Origin: Catajapyx aquilonaris
Lineage: Eukaryota
Direction of reading: 5' to 3'
Assembly: GCA_000934665.2 (NCBI GenBank)
Contig: KZ538859.1
Coordinates: forward strand, 1 to 43,981
Length of the DNA stretch: 43,981 nt
The notes under the pieces were generated by a model, which was not told the origin of the DNA, did not search any database, and was given only the letters and a program-made list of their open reading frames with translations. Positions 1-9,915 of this stretch are shown one piece after another. A program made the translations under genes and the position numbers. How positions within the stretch are numbered: the stretch's first letter is position 1; the number at the start of each line of letters is the position of its first letter.

Positions 1-374
1 GTGGATTGTTGACGAGCTTCTCAGGGCGTACTTGGGCAGTCACAGTCGACACTCCACTTGCCAAGTTTTTCACCTCCCTCACACTGTTGACATGGCCTCT
101 GAGTGCTAAGCCCTTCCCCTTCTCCTGCGTCGTACCCCTAAGGTTTAGGGGTACAGTGATAGGCAGGAAGTCCCTGTCTTGGGCAAGCATGCTGGCCACA
201 ATGCAGCGTACAATCAGAATCCCCAGCCAGCACAGTCCTGCCCTTCCTCACCGCGTTTCGCCCCCCTGCCGCCAGACGGCAGCCTTGTTCCGAATGCAGG
301 GTGTCAATACCTCTCAACGCAACGGTTGGATTTCTTTTTAGAAGGGGTAGCCAGCGATAACGAAAGAACCGAAC

Positions 375-982
375 GTGTAAAACTTCTATAAGTCGAACTT
401 CCCTAAGTCGAAGTTCTCTATAAGTCGAATTAAATTATGAGCTTGGTTGGTCACAATGTAAAAGAATAGGAAATAAACTTCCCTAACTCGAATTTCTATA
501 ACTCGAATTTCTCCATAACGCGAAGTGCAGGCAGGGCCTTACATGGGATATCAATGCATTTTCAGTCTCCCTAAGTCGAAGTTCATGTTGGCGAGAATGG
601 AAAATTTTCTCATTTCCCAGCCGAAGGGTCGAGAGTAGGACACATGTACAGAAAGGCTGAATTTCCTGACCTCCGTCTACCAGACGTACCGAAAGAAGTG
701 TTTGACTCGATTGTGACAATATGATTGAATCCTTGAATCTAAGAGTAGGCAAAATAATGTCCATAACGGAGATTTATTTTACACGAAAACAACTAGGAAC
801 ATTGTAAGAGTGATAGTGACAGTTATTTTAAAGTTTTGAACACCTTTCGTCGCTGGATATAAAGGTAGGCTTCCTTATAGAGTTATGTGCATTAAAAATT
901 CCAAACTTCTCTAACTAGAATCTTCTATAACTTGAAGTTCTTCCCCCGTCCCATGGAGATTCTACTTATAGCAGTTTTACTG
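375..982. mobile_element. pogo/Tigger-like (Tc1/mariner superfamily) non-autonomous element
   Basis: Left end GTAAAACTTCTATAAGTCGAA versus right end reverse complement CAGTAAAACTGCTATAAGTAGAA, followed by TA. Many subterminal CTATAAGTCGAA/CTAACTCGAA repeats. Confidence 0.65.
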
Positions 983-991
983 TACTTCAAA

Positions 992-1350
992 GGGAGGCGA
1001 AGTGGTGCTGCGGTAACGTATGCGCCCACGGATGTTAAGGTCCCGGGTTCGATCCCAGCCCGGGGACACCCCCTTCATCTCGTGCAGAGTTGGGTCGTCT
1101 CTGGCTTCGTCTTGGGTGGCATTTCCGAAAGACTAAGCCACCCGGGAGTTCACAAAATGTACCACATGAGACATTGCACTTGCACTTTGCACATCCCCTC
1201 CTGTCATCCCCTATCGCTCGCGGTACCCGGGCGTTACGAAAAAGGACCAAAAATGTAGCTGTACACCTCAAAGCGAAATAAAGGTATCGTGCCAGATGCC
1301 CTCAATGGGCGATGCACTAACCCCAATTATTATTATTATTATTATTATTA
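992..1350 (+). mobile_element. tRNA-derived SINE
   Basis: A-box-like TGGTGCTGCGG (1003), B-box GGTTCGATCCC (1046), non-tRNA body, (ATT)n tail at 1326-1350. Confidence 0.75.
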
Positions 1351-1755
1351 CTGTACTTGTTGCATTGCTGGTCGTCTCACATGACTGGGCACTCCCTAGG
1401 TTTTCGCCTGCCAAAAATTACTGCCGGCTAAACGGGGAAACAAGTAGTGACGATCACTTGGTGTCAGCTGGTGTATAGCCTACAAGGGTTTTGACAATAT
1501 TGAGAATGCTCCAAGATATTGCACTTGAATTTCTGGAGCAGGACGCACGATATAGTGTCTGACTGCAAATGGCAGTTCACATCTCAGTGTCTCAGAACAA
1601 TTAACAAGTTTTTTTAAAGTTTTTTTAGCACTCAGGAGGACTTTGCATTTAGTGACCTTCACTTTTTCGCCACTTGGAAGCCCAATGCCTATGAAGTGAA
1701 CAAGAGACGAAGGAATATAGGAGTAGCGATCAGAGTGCTCGACATAATATTATAC

Positions 1756-1936
1756 CAGTGGTTTCCAACCTATTACCAACTGCGACCCGCTAAACATGTT
1801 TCCATAAATGTGCGACCCCCCCCCCCCNNNNNNNNNNNNNNNNNNNNNNNNNNNNNNNNNNNNNNNNNNNNNNNNNNNNNNNNNNNNNNNNNNNNNNNNC
1901 CCCCCCCCCCCCACCCCACCCAGTTGGAAACCACTG
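1756..1936. mobile_element. hAT (Charlie-like) MITE spanning a gap
   Basis: Perfect 14-bp TIRs CAGTGGTTTCCAAC/GTTGGAAACCACTG. Near-TSD tattatac/taattatac. Confidence 0.7.
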
Positions 1937-2143
1937 TAATTATACCAAGTAGGAAAAATACGACTTCGGCAAACCTGGAGTTTGTGTACTTTCGTAGCTA
2001 CAGAGATGCGCAACCGTGTGGCTATTTGACCTTTGGAGAAAATTATTTGATAACTTTTCCGACCGAACGGTACTTGTGTGTAATAGTTTGGGCCAGTCCC
2101 CGGACACTACCCCTATCATCAGCTCTTATCGACTACTCACTTT

Positions 2144-2380
2144 TGCTCACTTGAGAGCGCCTGTCAGATCTGAAAATACAGGTGGCGACCCTACCGGACT
2201 GCGCTGGACTTAGGCAGAAGAAAAGCGGGCGTCGGTCAAAATTAAGAATCTCATACGCATACATAGAGTATGTGATTCTTAATTTTGACCGACTCTTCCC
2301 TTCTACCTAAGTCCAGCGCAGTCCGGTAGGGTCCCCACATGATTGTATTTTCAGATCTGACAGGCGCTCTCAAGTGAGCA
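2144..2380. repeat. Fold-back palindromic element (about 110-bp arms)
   Basis: TGCTCACTTGAGAGCGCCTGTCAGATCTGAAAATACA.. is mirrored by ..TGTATTTTCAGATCTGACAGGCGCTCTCAAGTGAGCA. Inner arms GTCGGTCAAAATTAAGAATC/GATTCTTAATTTTGACCGAC. Confidence 0.9.
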
Positions 2381-2728
2381 CCTCCCGCAAAACGCCCCGT
2401 CAGGCGATAAGAGGGAGTGACCAGACCTTAGTATTCTAAGGCCATGGTTTGGGCGTATATGAATGTCATTTAATTTACGATGCATCGTTACTCACTTGTC
2501 ACCTTTAAACCGTGTGGGTATGTACTGTACTGTACAGTAGCCTACACTGTAGGCCTACAATATAGATGTACAGTACTACACACGACGAAGGTACCACGAC
2601 TATGAAAAATACGGTATGTCTTCCGGTCATAAAGTTCAGTAGGCCTAATACCTGGACAGTGGACAGATTCAAGCACTTGCAGATCTAATGAAACACAACT
2701 CAAATAGAGATTTCATATGCATGTAAAG

Positions 2729-3021
2729 CAGTGGTTCTTAAACTTTTTGCTGTCGCACCTCACTTGGGGAAAATATTACGACCCACACTTCCCATGGTTG
2801 CGGCCTAAACTTTAGGTTTAGGCAGAATAAGTTTAGGCTAGTTACTAATACTCGATCGTTCTAGAATTTTGTGTAACTGACATAAAATATGGATAAAACT
2901 ATTTCTTGTGGGGAAATTATTATTCACACCTACCCTGGAGTCTATCTACACCTCCCCTGGAGTCTATCTACGTACACCTCCCCTGGGGAGGTGTACCCCA
3001 CAGTTTAAGAACCCCTAGCTG
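2729..3021. mobile_element. hAT MITE
   Basis: TIR CAGTGGTTCTTAAACT / AGTTTAAGAACCCCT..CTG. Perfect 8-bp TSD ATGTAAAG at 2721-2728 and 3022-3029. Confidence 0.85.
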
Positions 3022-3819
3022 ATGTAAAGGAAAGGTCCATGAATGGTATCGAAGGAAAGGCAACAGCATGCTTCTCTAATAAATAAGAATTAATTATATA
3101 GGCTGATGGCGACATTATAATATTTTCCACACGAGCTAGAAAGTAAAGTAGCTAGAGTCTGCAAGGAAATATCAAGAGTCTCTAACATTAAGATAAAATT
3201 ATGCTACATCCCACAAAGTGTAATAAGAAAGTAAGCACTTTGGGAATATTATTTTCTGGTCGCATGAAGATATAACATAAAGATTTTGCATGCAATATTG
3301 CTGTGTTCTAATATCAATTCATGATGGTAGAAACAAACAAATGAATAGGTGAATGTTTTAAGAAATCTGCAATCAAAAGTACCGGTAATCATTCATGTGG
3401 TATGAACTTCTCCGAGCATTTGGAATAAGCTCCCTACCGCCAATTATGCAATAATTATTAAAATAATAGTATTGTGGATACTGTAGTATGAGAAAAGCGC
3501 CATCTCTGCAATAGGCATAAACCTGAGATATGAATTAAATGATGTGTGCGGTGGAAAAATGTGATAACCCACAAAAGTGTAATGTTTCAGGAGAGTGAAT
3601 TTAAGTTCACACTCTCTTCACAAATCATAGGGAATGCGGGGTTTGATCTAATCCGGGGGGCCGTCTCGTATGCATACGGGGTTAAGCTCCTGAAAATGTC
3701 CATAAGTCGTATTTGTATAACTTACTATAACTCGGATCTCTGAGGAACAGGGAATATACAGGGTGGTCGGTAAATGGCGGACAAGCTTCAGGTAGCGAGA
3801 TTCCTTGTGAAAAACCAGT

Positions 3820-4267
3820 ATATGGAAGTGAAGGTCATATTGCTCTACGAGGCCTGGTTAGGGCTCACGAGGTCTCCAAAGTTTGGGCCTAATCATGACG
3901 TCACATCCGCCCGCGAAATTCAAACACTACCGTATCGCTACCGTCCGCGGTGCGTTGCCAGGGGTTGCCAAGTTGACATCCCCCACATTTCCACACAACA
4001 ATGGAACCGTATAAACTGGCTGGGACGTTGCCAGGCATCGCCAAACCGTCGTCGCCGCGTGCCTGGCAACGTCCGAGGGAGTTTATACGGTTCCATTGTT
4101 TGGTGAAAATGTGGGGGATGTCAACATGGCAACAAACCGTGTACTGTAGCGATACGGTATTGTTTAAATTTTGCGGGCGGATGTGACGTCATGATTTGGT
4201 CCAAACTTTGGAGACCTCGTGAGCCCTAACCGGGCCTCGTAGAGCAATATGACCTTCACTTCCATAT
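3820..4267. repeat. Nested fold-back palindromic element (about 200-bp arms)
   Basis: ATATGGAAGTGAAGGTCATATTGCTCTACGAGGCC.. is mirrored by ..GGCCTCGTAGAGCAATATGACCTTCACTTCCATAT. Confidence 0.9.
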
Positions 4268-5735
4268 TAGGGGGCACGGCAGTGCCCCCGCCAAGTTCTC
4301 GCCGCACTGCCGGACCTCCTTTACCCGACACAACTCACGTCATTTTGACCCTCTCGAATCTTCGCACTGGTGAACATACGTGGCTTCAAAATTTTTATTT
4401 GGGTAGATAAAAATCGACTAAAAATAATGCCCCCTTACTTCCATGTTCATATCTCTTTTCATTTCCGACTTTAAAAATCCTAAAAACTCCCGAAACGGCC
4501 AAAATATGACACTGACTGACTGACTCACTCACTCACTCACTGATCATCAAAATTATACGTAACTTCCAGTGGTCCTAGGATGCTGAAATTTGGTATGCTG
4601 GTAGAGCTTGTCAAACAAACATCAGAATAAATCTGAAAACGGCACTTTTTTGAGTCTAAATGCTCAAAAAAAATTATTTTCACAAAGTCTGCTGCTGCTG
4701 ACCAGATGCGGCATTTTTACCACGGATTACTTTTTACTTTGAAATTCCAATTATGCTGGTGCTCCTCCTGCCTTCCACACGCTCTCGTCATCTCCTCGCC
4801 CCCTCCCTTCCCCCCCCCCCCCCCCCCNNNNNNNNNNNNNNNNNNNNNNNNNNNNNNNNNNNNNNNNNNNNNNNNNNNNNNNNNNNNNNNNNNNNNNNNN
4901 NNNNNNNNNNNNNNNNNNNNNNNNNNNNNNNNNNNNNNNNNNNNNNNNNNNNNNNNNNNNNNNNNNNNNNNNNNNNNNNNNNNNNNNNNNNNNNNNNNNN
5001 NNNNNNNNNNNNNNNNNNNNNNNNNGCCCCCCCCCCCTAACTGAATTCCTGGCTACGTCACTGCCGCTAGCTATCTGAAGCTGCGATTGCATTTCATACA
5101 AATACAAATATTTCATACAAATACAACAACAAATTCCTAAATACCTAAAATACAAAATAATACAAATACAAAATTCGAGGTCATCAACAGCCTATGTGTA
5201 CAGGGAACAATTCCCAATATGTGTGGCGTATGCCATTACCATACAGAGGACAGAGCCTATAGGCCTGAGTCTCACTAATGCACTCATCGATATGTGTTCC
5301 TCTGTCTTCTCGTGCGGGTCAAGCCTATACGTGGCTCTTTCCAGAGTTAAAAGTATCAATGGAGTGCGTCTCATCAATGCCGCGCGTCTCATCAATGCCT
5401 CCTTTACTAACACCAAGGCTCAAGAGTCTGCTATATTCTGGATGCGATAGACTGAGATCTATTTACCGACCAGACTTATCCATACTCAAAAGAATGGGCT
5501 ATGCGATCAGGTGTAGCAGATGTCCAATTCGCACAACCAGAACAGAAAAAAAGGAAGCGTAATATGAGAAAGCAGAAGAAAATCATACCTATTCAGAGGA
5601 AAAGAAAGAGTTTTACATACTTTCGTATATAACCTACACATTTTGCTCTAAGTTATTCATTACCTTATTTGGAATATTTAACGGACCATTGCTTTTGCTT
5701 CCACGCCCAACCGTAGCGCCCCCCCCCCNNNCTTA
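4268..5735 (+). mobile_element. Helentron/Helitron (DINE-1/HINE-like) remnant; right end approximate
   Basis: Terminal hairpin GGGGGCAC-GGCA-GTGCCCCC (4270-4289), (ACTG/ACTC)n microsatellite at about 4510-4541 followed by GCTGAAATTTGG, and an internal Pif1 helicase fragment. Confidence 0.65.
5193..5495 (+). pseudogene. Decayed Pif1-family helicase C-terminus (RepHel of a Helitron-like element)
   Basis: YREQFPICVAYAITIQ..GLSLTNALID..VFSCG(QA)YVALSRVKSINGV matches Pif1 motifs QFPLxLAYAITIHKSQGLSL and GQxYVALSRV. Compensating indels around GQAY, later frameshifts, no N-terminal part. Confidence 0.85.
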
Positions 5736-6858
5736 TAATTATCCTACACTCCTGCCTACAAAAAGAGGTGAGATCCCACCAAAAACCTTTCTGTAAAAAA
5801 AAGGCCAAGTTCTCCTGATTCTGTCCTGATTGCTTGGCCGTCAAAAGTGGTGAGATCTGAAATACGGCCAAGTTCAACGTCGTTGTCAATTACTGGCATT
5901 CTCAACTTCTTCAACCTAAACCACTAACTTTGTTTTTCCAGGTCGATCTTAAGTTTAATAATCAAAAAATTTTAATGGAATTTCTCTTGCTGTAACTTGG
6001 CCATTGCTCTTAAAACATTGAAACAGTTGTAGAATTCAACAATACCTCGGACATGAGCAATGGCCAAGTTACAGCAAGAGAAATTCCATTAAAATATTTT
6101 GATGATTAAACCTAAGGTCGACCTGGAAAAACAAAGTTAGTGGTTTAGGTTGAAGAAGTTGAGAATGCCAGTAATTGACAACGACGTTGAACTTGGCCGT
6201 ATTTCAGATCTCACCACTTTTGACGGCCAAGCAATCAGGACAGAATCAGGAGAACTTGGCCTTTTTTTTACAGAAAGGTTTTTGGTGGGATACTGGTTTT
6301 TCACAAGGATTCTCGATACCTGAAGCTTGTCCGCCATTTACCGACCACCCTGTATACAGCGTAAAGATGCTGCTCCAACGAACCCCTTAGTAATGCGTGT
6401 TTACATGCACGGAAGAACGTAGTTTCCAAATTAATTCTTATTAATCAAATTTAGTATTTATGTAGAACTTGGAGTTTGTCTACATACGCAGAAGTGATTG
6501 AAAGTTGAGGGATAATTATTTCTAAATTATTATCCTTCTGAGGATCCTTGGGAGCCCGTTCGTAAGTACGGATCAGTGTAAGTCAGGTCTTTCATAAGCC
6601 GGGGACTACCTTTAATTGAAGATTCGCTATTGCAGAAATTTTTTGGACAATTACACAAATGTCTTATTGCAGAAATTTCGGTGATCCTTAGTGTTGTGCC
6701 ACTCCTTTCGCAAAATGTACTGCAAATTAATCAATAGATTATTAATAACATTGCAATAAGTAATTTTCAGTTATAAGTTCTCATTAGATTTATTTATTAC
6801 CAGACAACTGAGAATTGTATGCTACAAGCAATTGGTGGGGGATAGATGAATAATGAAC

Positions 6859-7048
6859 GTTATGGCCACTTCACCGGGTATGGCCAATTGGGCATTAAAT
6901 TTAATGAATTAGTGAACCGTTCACTAATTATCTTATTGGGCCAATAAGATAATTACCCTAGGCAATTTTCTTATTGGACTAAGGCTTTTCAATTTACTAA
7001 TTCATTCATAATGATTAAAGTGGCCATTAGCGGAGAAATTGCCATGAC
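6859..7048. repeat. Degenerate fold-back element just downstream of the MATH-BTB stop
   Basis: GTTATGGCCACTTCACCG..AATGAATTAGTGAA..CCAATAAGATAATTACC is mirrored around CCTAGG (6957-6962). A related partial copy lies at 39403-39503. Confidence 0.7.
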
Positions 7049-7209
7049 AACCACCCTCAGCTGGGTGTAAAGATAGGTGTCAAATGGATCTAATGAGAGA
7101 CGAAGTAATAAAAATACCCAATTGCATAATATGCAAAACATGGATATGCTACATGATGCGATAAAATATCTATTGAGCCAGTCTGCATATGTCCGTCAAC
7201 CAGATATTT

Positions 7210-7947
7210 TTAGTTGACCCATTGTTCATGAGTCTCATCATGATTACCAAAGCTGTGCTCCAGTAACTCAATCAAAAGGTCTCTAGGCAATCCCCGTAGA
7301 GCTGGTTTAAACCACTTCAATTTCTCCAGCATGCGATACCTGGAGGTGCAAAATTTTATGCATAACCTCTTTAGCTTGTCACTTCTCATGGAAGCTGAAA
7401 ACTCCAGCAGGTTCAAGACATTACTAGTGTCCATATTCCTCCAGAGCTTGACTTCGCAGAGGCTCTTCAGCCTAGGGATATCATACATGTCTGCCGCCAA
7501 CACAAGATCTTTCCAGAATTCCAGGGGTTGCTTCTCCTGTGGTATGTCATCAGTGTACATGAACACCAATAGTGCCCGTAGAATCTCTGTACGCATGTCC
7601 TTAAGTTCAGCTCGACCAGAGATACCCTCAGTCATCCTATGGGCAAACATGGCAGAAAAGACAGGGCTTCTAGCAGCCAAGATGATCTTGTGGGCCGGAA
7701 ATTCCTGACCTTCTGCCACAAGGGTGACATCGGCGTTGCTATTGGAATCTAGCAGTTTCTTTAAATCGGCGGTAATTGTAGGCGGATTGCCGAATACATC
7801 CAGTTCTTCTGCAGTTGACATATGGCGGATACTGCCGCTCACAATTATCGTCAGTGTGTCCTGAGGCAGTAAATCCCCCCTGGAGAACAGATTGTACCGG
7901 GAAATGAAGTGGCAGTATCCCGCAGGTCCACACTCGGAGTACATCAC
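7210..7947 (-). CDS. MATH-BTB protein, coding exon 2 (end of MATH, BTB/POZ, BACK-like tail); spliced product 349 aa
   Basis: Phase-0 acceptor ctctttgaAG|GTG. GYCHFISRYNLF..LLPQDTLTI ends the MATH domain. ADVTLVAEGQEFPAHKIILAARSPVFSAMF..ALLVFMYTD..AADMYDIPRLKSLCE is a BTB domain. TAA stop at 7210. Confidence 0.92.
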   Translation of the reverse strand: MMYSECGPAGYCHFISRYNLFSRGDLLPQDTLTIIVSGSIRHMSTAEELDVFGNPPTITADLKKLLDSNSNADVTLVAEGQEFPAHKIILAARSPVFSAMFAHRMTEGISGRAELKDMRTEILRALLVFMYTDDIPQEKQPLEFWKDLVLAADMYDIPRLKSLCEVKLWRNMDTSNVLNLLEFSASMRSDKLKRLCIKFCTSRYRMLEKLKWFKPALRGLPRDLLIELLEHSFGNHDETHEQWVN

Positions 7948-7992
7948 CTTCAAAGAGATGACATAGATATAGGGTTGCTATATGTCTGTTAC

Positions 7993-8247
7993 CAGGGGCG
8001 GATCCAGAGAAGAATTTTGGGGGCATTTTTTTGGGGGGGAGGGGGTGTTCAAGGTCACACGAGCTTAGGTGAATGTGGGAGGTGTGAGTTTCGTATGAAA
8101 CAAAGCCGCGCTACCAGCGCGGCAGTCCGAAAAAATCGCGGTTCGAATGAAATCTGAGGTGATTGTTATAATTTTAAAGAGTCTTAGGCTGATCTGGGGG
8201 GGGGGGGGGGGAAATGTCCCCCTATCCCCCCCGTGGATCCGCCCCTG
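7993..8247. mobile_element. hAT-like MITE in the MATH-BTB intron
   Basis: TIR CAGGGGCGGATCCA / TGGATCCGCCCCTG. Flanks share CTGTTAC (imperfect TSD). Confidence 0.8.
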
Positions 8248-8385
8248 CGCTGTTACAAGCGTTTAAATAGTTCTTATTATTGTTGTTGTTGTTTTCAGAA
8301 AAATTACACCAACGTGATGTACTGTACTTTTATATCAAGTGCAATACTCCATCCCACTGCCCCTCCACGGCAAGTGTAGGCCTAC

Positions 8386-8697
8386 CTTATTTTCAGCACT
8401 CCTTATGTAGTCATTATCGTGTGCGCTCTTGATGATGAATTCAATCTGTTGAATTTCCTGCAGATTGTGTCTTCCATTTGTCATCAGTAGTTGTAAATAG
8501 AGTGATATGTGGTCATCCATGCCTTGGGGATAGATTATCAACCTCCAGGATCCACAGGAGGTGACAAACGGGTCGGCATGCTGATAGTATGGTGGGTCCC
8601 TGGGGAGGTGACTGAAGTAATTCAACTCCCATTTGAATTGAAACCTCTCAGTGGTGAGGGTACTGATGCACGATTGCATCTTGGCTGTGAAAGGCAT
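8386..8697 (-). CDS. MATH-BTB (SPOP/roadkill-like) protein, coding exon 1 (most of the MATH domain)
   Basis: ATG at 8697. FKWELNYFS..F..GSWRLIIYPQG..DHISLYLQL matches the MATH consensus. After 104 codons (..AENK) there is a phase-0 donor AAG|GTAGGC at 8385. Confidence 0.88.
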
Positions 8698-8904
8698 ATA
8701 ATAGTCTATATAATATTATACTATATATATATATATTTATCAAATATATATATTATTTTTCATTGCACTTCTTCACGGGCCTTTTCTTTTTCTCATTATA
8801 AACAGAAAGAATTTTATGAAGAATCACTATAAGCTCACCTTTAGCCTTCAGCTCTCAGATCACTAATGCAAACGGGCAGAAGGTTACCAATAAATGTGGA
8901 ACCT

Positions 8905-9522
8905 CGACGTAAAATGTCACCCTCAGAAAAAGATTCTTGCACTTAATGAAGTGTCAACAAACCTGTTGAGTGTTCAGTATCCATGGATGCCACACGTAAA
9001 CAATGGCAGTGCACTGCCCAAGTCCCTAAATTGCAATATTGGGAGGGTAGGTGAAGCAGTTGCGAATTATTCTGCAACCTTCAACCAGCAGGTTTCTGAT
9101 CTCAAAATGGTCGATTGTATAAAATACATAAGGTTACTTTTCCGTTTGCTGATACCCACTAATGCATATTTTCTGTAACAGGCCTACCCTTTGTTATAGT
9201 CAACAACAATCCCACCTTTCAGTTTCATGGAGTAAACAGTGTCAACAATGACTGCATTTCCATAGAGTAGCAATATAGGCCTGTTCCAGAAAATATGCAT
9301 TAGTGGGTATCAGCAAACGGAAAAGTACTTAAATAAGTAATAACCCACCATAACTTCCTGTCGTACCCCCTCATGTCACTGAGCACTTGGGCAGTGCACC
9401 ACCCTGGTTGCCTCATAGGGTGGATTGCAAGGATGAATTCAGGAAAATATTGATATAACTTACGTAGTAATAAATAAGGTAAGTGTCCCAGTGGTCGACA
9501 CGTTACGGAAAAATTTACGTCG
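8905..9522. repeat. Large fold-back element upstream of the MATH-BTB gene
   Basis: Arms 9135-9186 and 9276-9327 match over 52 bp with 1 mismatch. Outer matches at 9009-9023/9385-9399 and 8905-8913/9514-9522. Confidence 0.75.
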
Positions 9523-9852
9523 GACACTCTTTCCATGGGAGTTAGTTAAAATCCTTGAAAAAGTATCGTTCGAATCGTCGAGACTTGCTCTTTCATCCAG
9601 TGCATATTCGTGCAACATTAAACATGTTAATTTTGCTTAAAGCTGCACTAGCCACGCGCCAGACAATTCGAACAGAAAGGATGTGACGTCACGTCGTACG
9701 GCCGTAATAAATAAATTGATTACTGCCGTATTTCTAATTGTTTTATAAAACCGACCGGTGTTGTCGCCACCTACGATTTTTCCCCACCCCCTCGCACGCG
9801 CTTGACTGGTGACTCTAAAACACCCTGTACAGTAATACTGTACTTCACTAGA

Positions 9853-9915
9853 ATCATCATCATCATCAATCATCATCATCAATCATCATCATCAATCATC
9901 ATCATCATCACCATC
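9853..9915. repeat. Interrupted (ATC)n microsatellite
   Basis: Directly visible. Confidence 0.9.

Larger units (their letters stand above)
3759..6352. mobile_element. Tc1/mariner-type fold-back MITE interrupted by about 1.95 kb of nested insertions
   Basis: TA|CAGGGTGGTCGGTAAATGGCGG.. / ..CCGCCATTTACCGACCACCCTG|TA. The left arm (3759-3820 plus 5774-6009) is the reverse complement of the right arm (6055-6352). Confidence 0.85.

Noticed and set aside
230..350. HDV-like ribozyme in the putative LINE 5' UTR
   Set aside because: GGCGAA followed by a possible P2 exists on the minus strand, but I could not build P3/L3 or P1.1 on either strand
382..590. Recurrent CTATAAGTCGAA-like motifs as a CRISPR-like array
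   Set aside because: The units are short, degenerate and irregularly spaced; they are subterminal repeats of a TIR element in eukaryotic DNA
992..1066. Functional tRNA gene (also 21085-21163)
   Set aside because: The cloverleaf is poor and continues into a SINE body
4801..5040. Poly-Pro/Gly ORFs and G/C runs around N-gaps (also at 1817-1912, 10782-10820 and 43082-43236)
   Set aside because: These are assembly gaps at homopolymers, so their content is unknown
5665..6390. Duplicated peptides (MTTTLNLAVFQ.., MADKLQV..) on opposite strands
   Set aside because: They arise from the inverted-repeat arms and have no protein-like features
7331..7708. 125-aa plus-strand ORF
   Set aside because: Antisense shadow of the BTB exon
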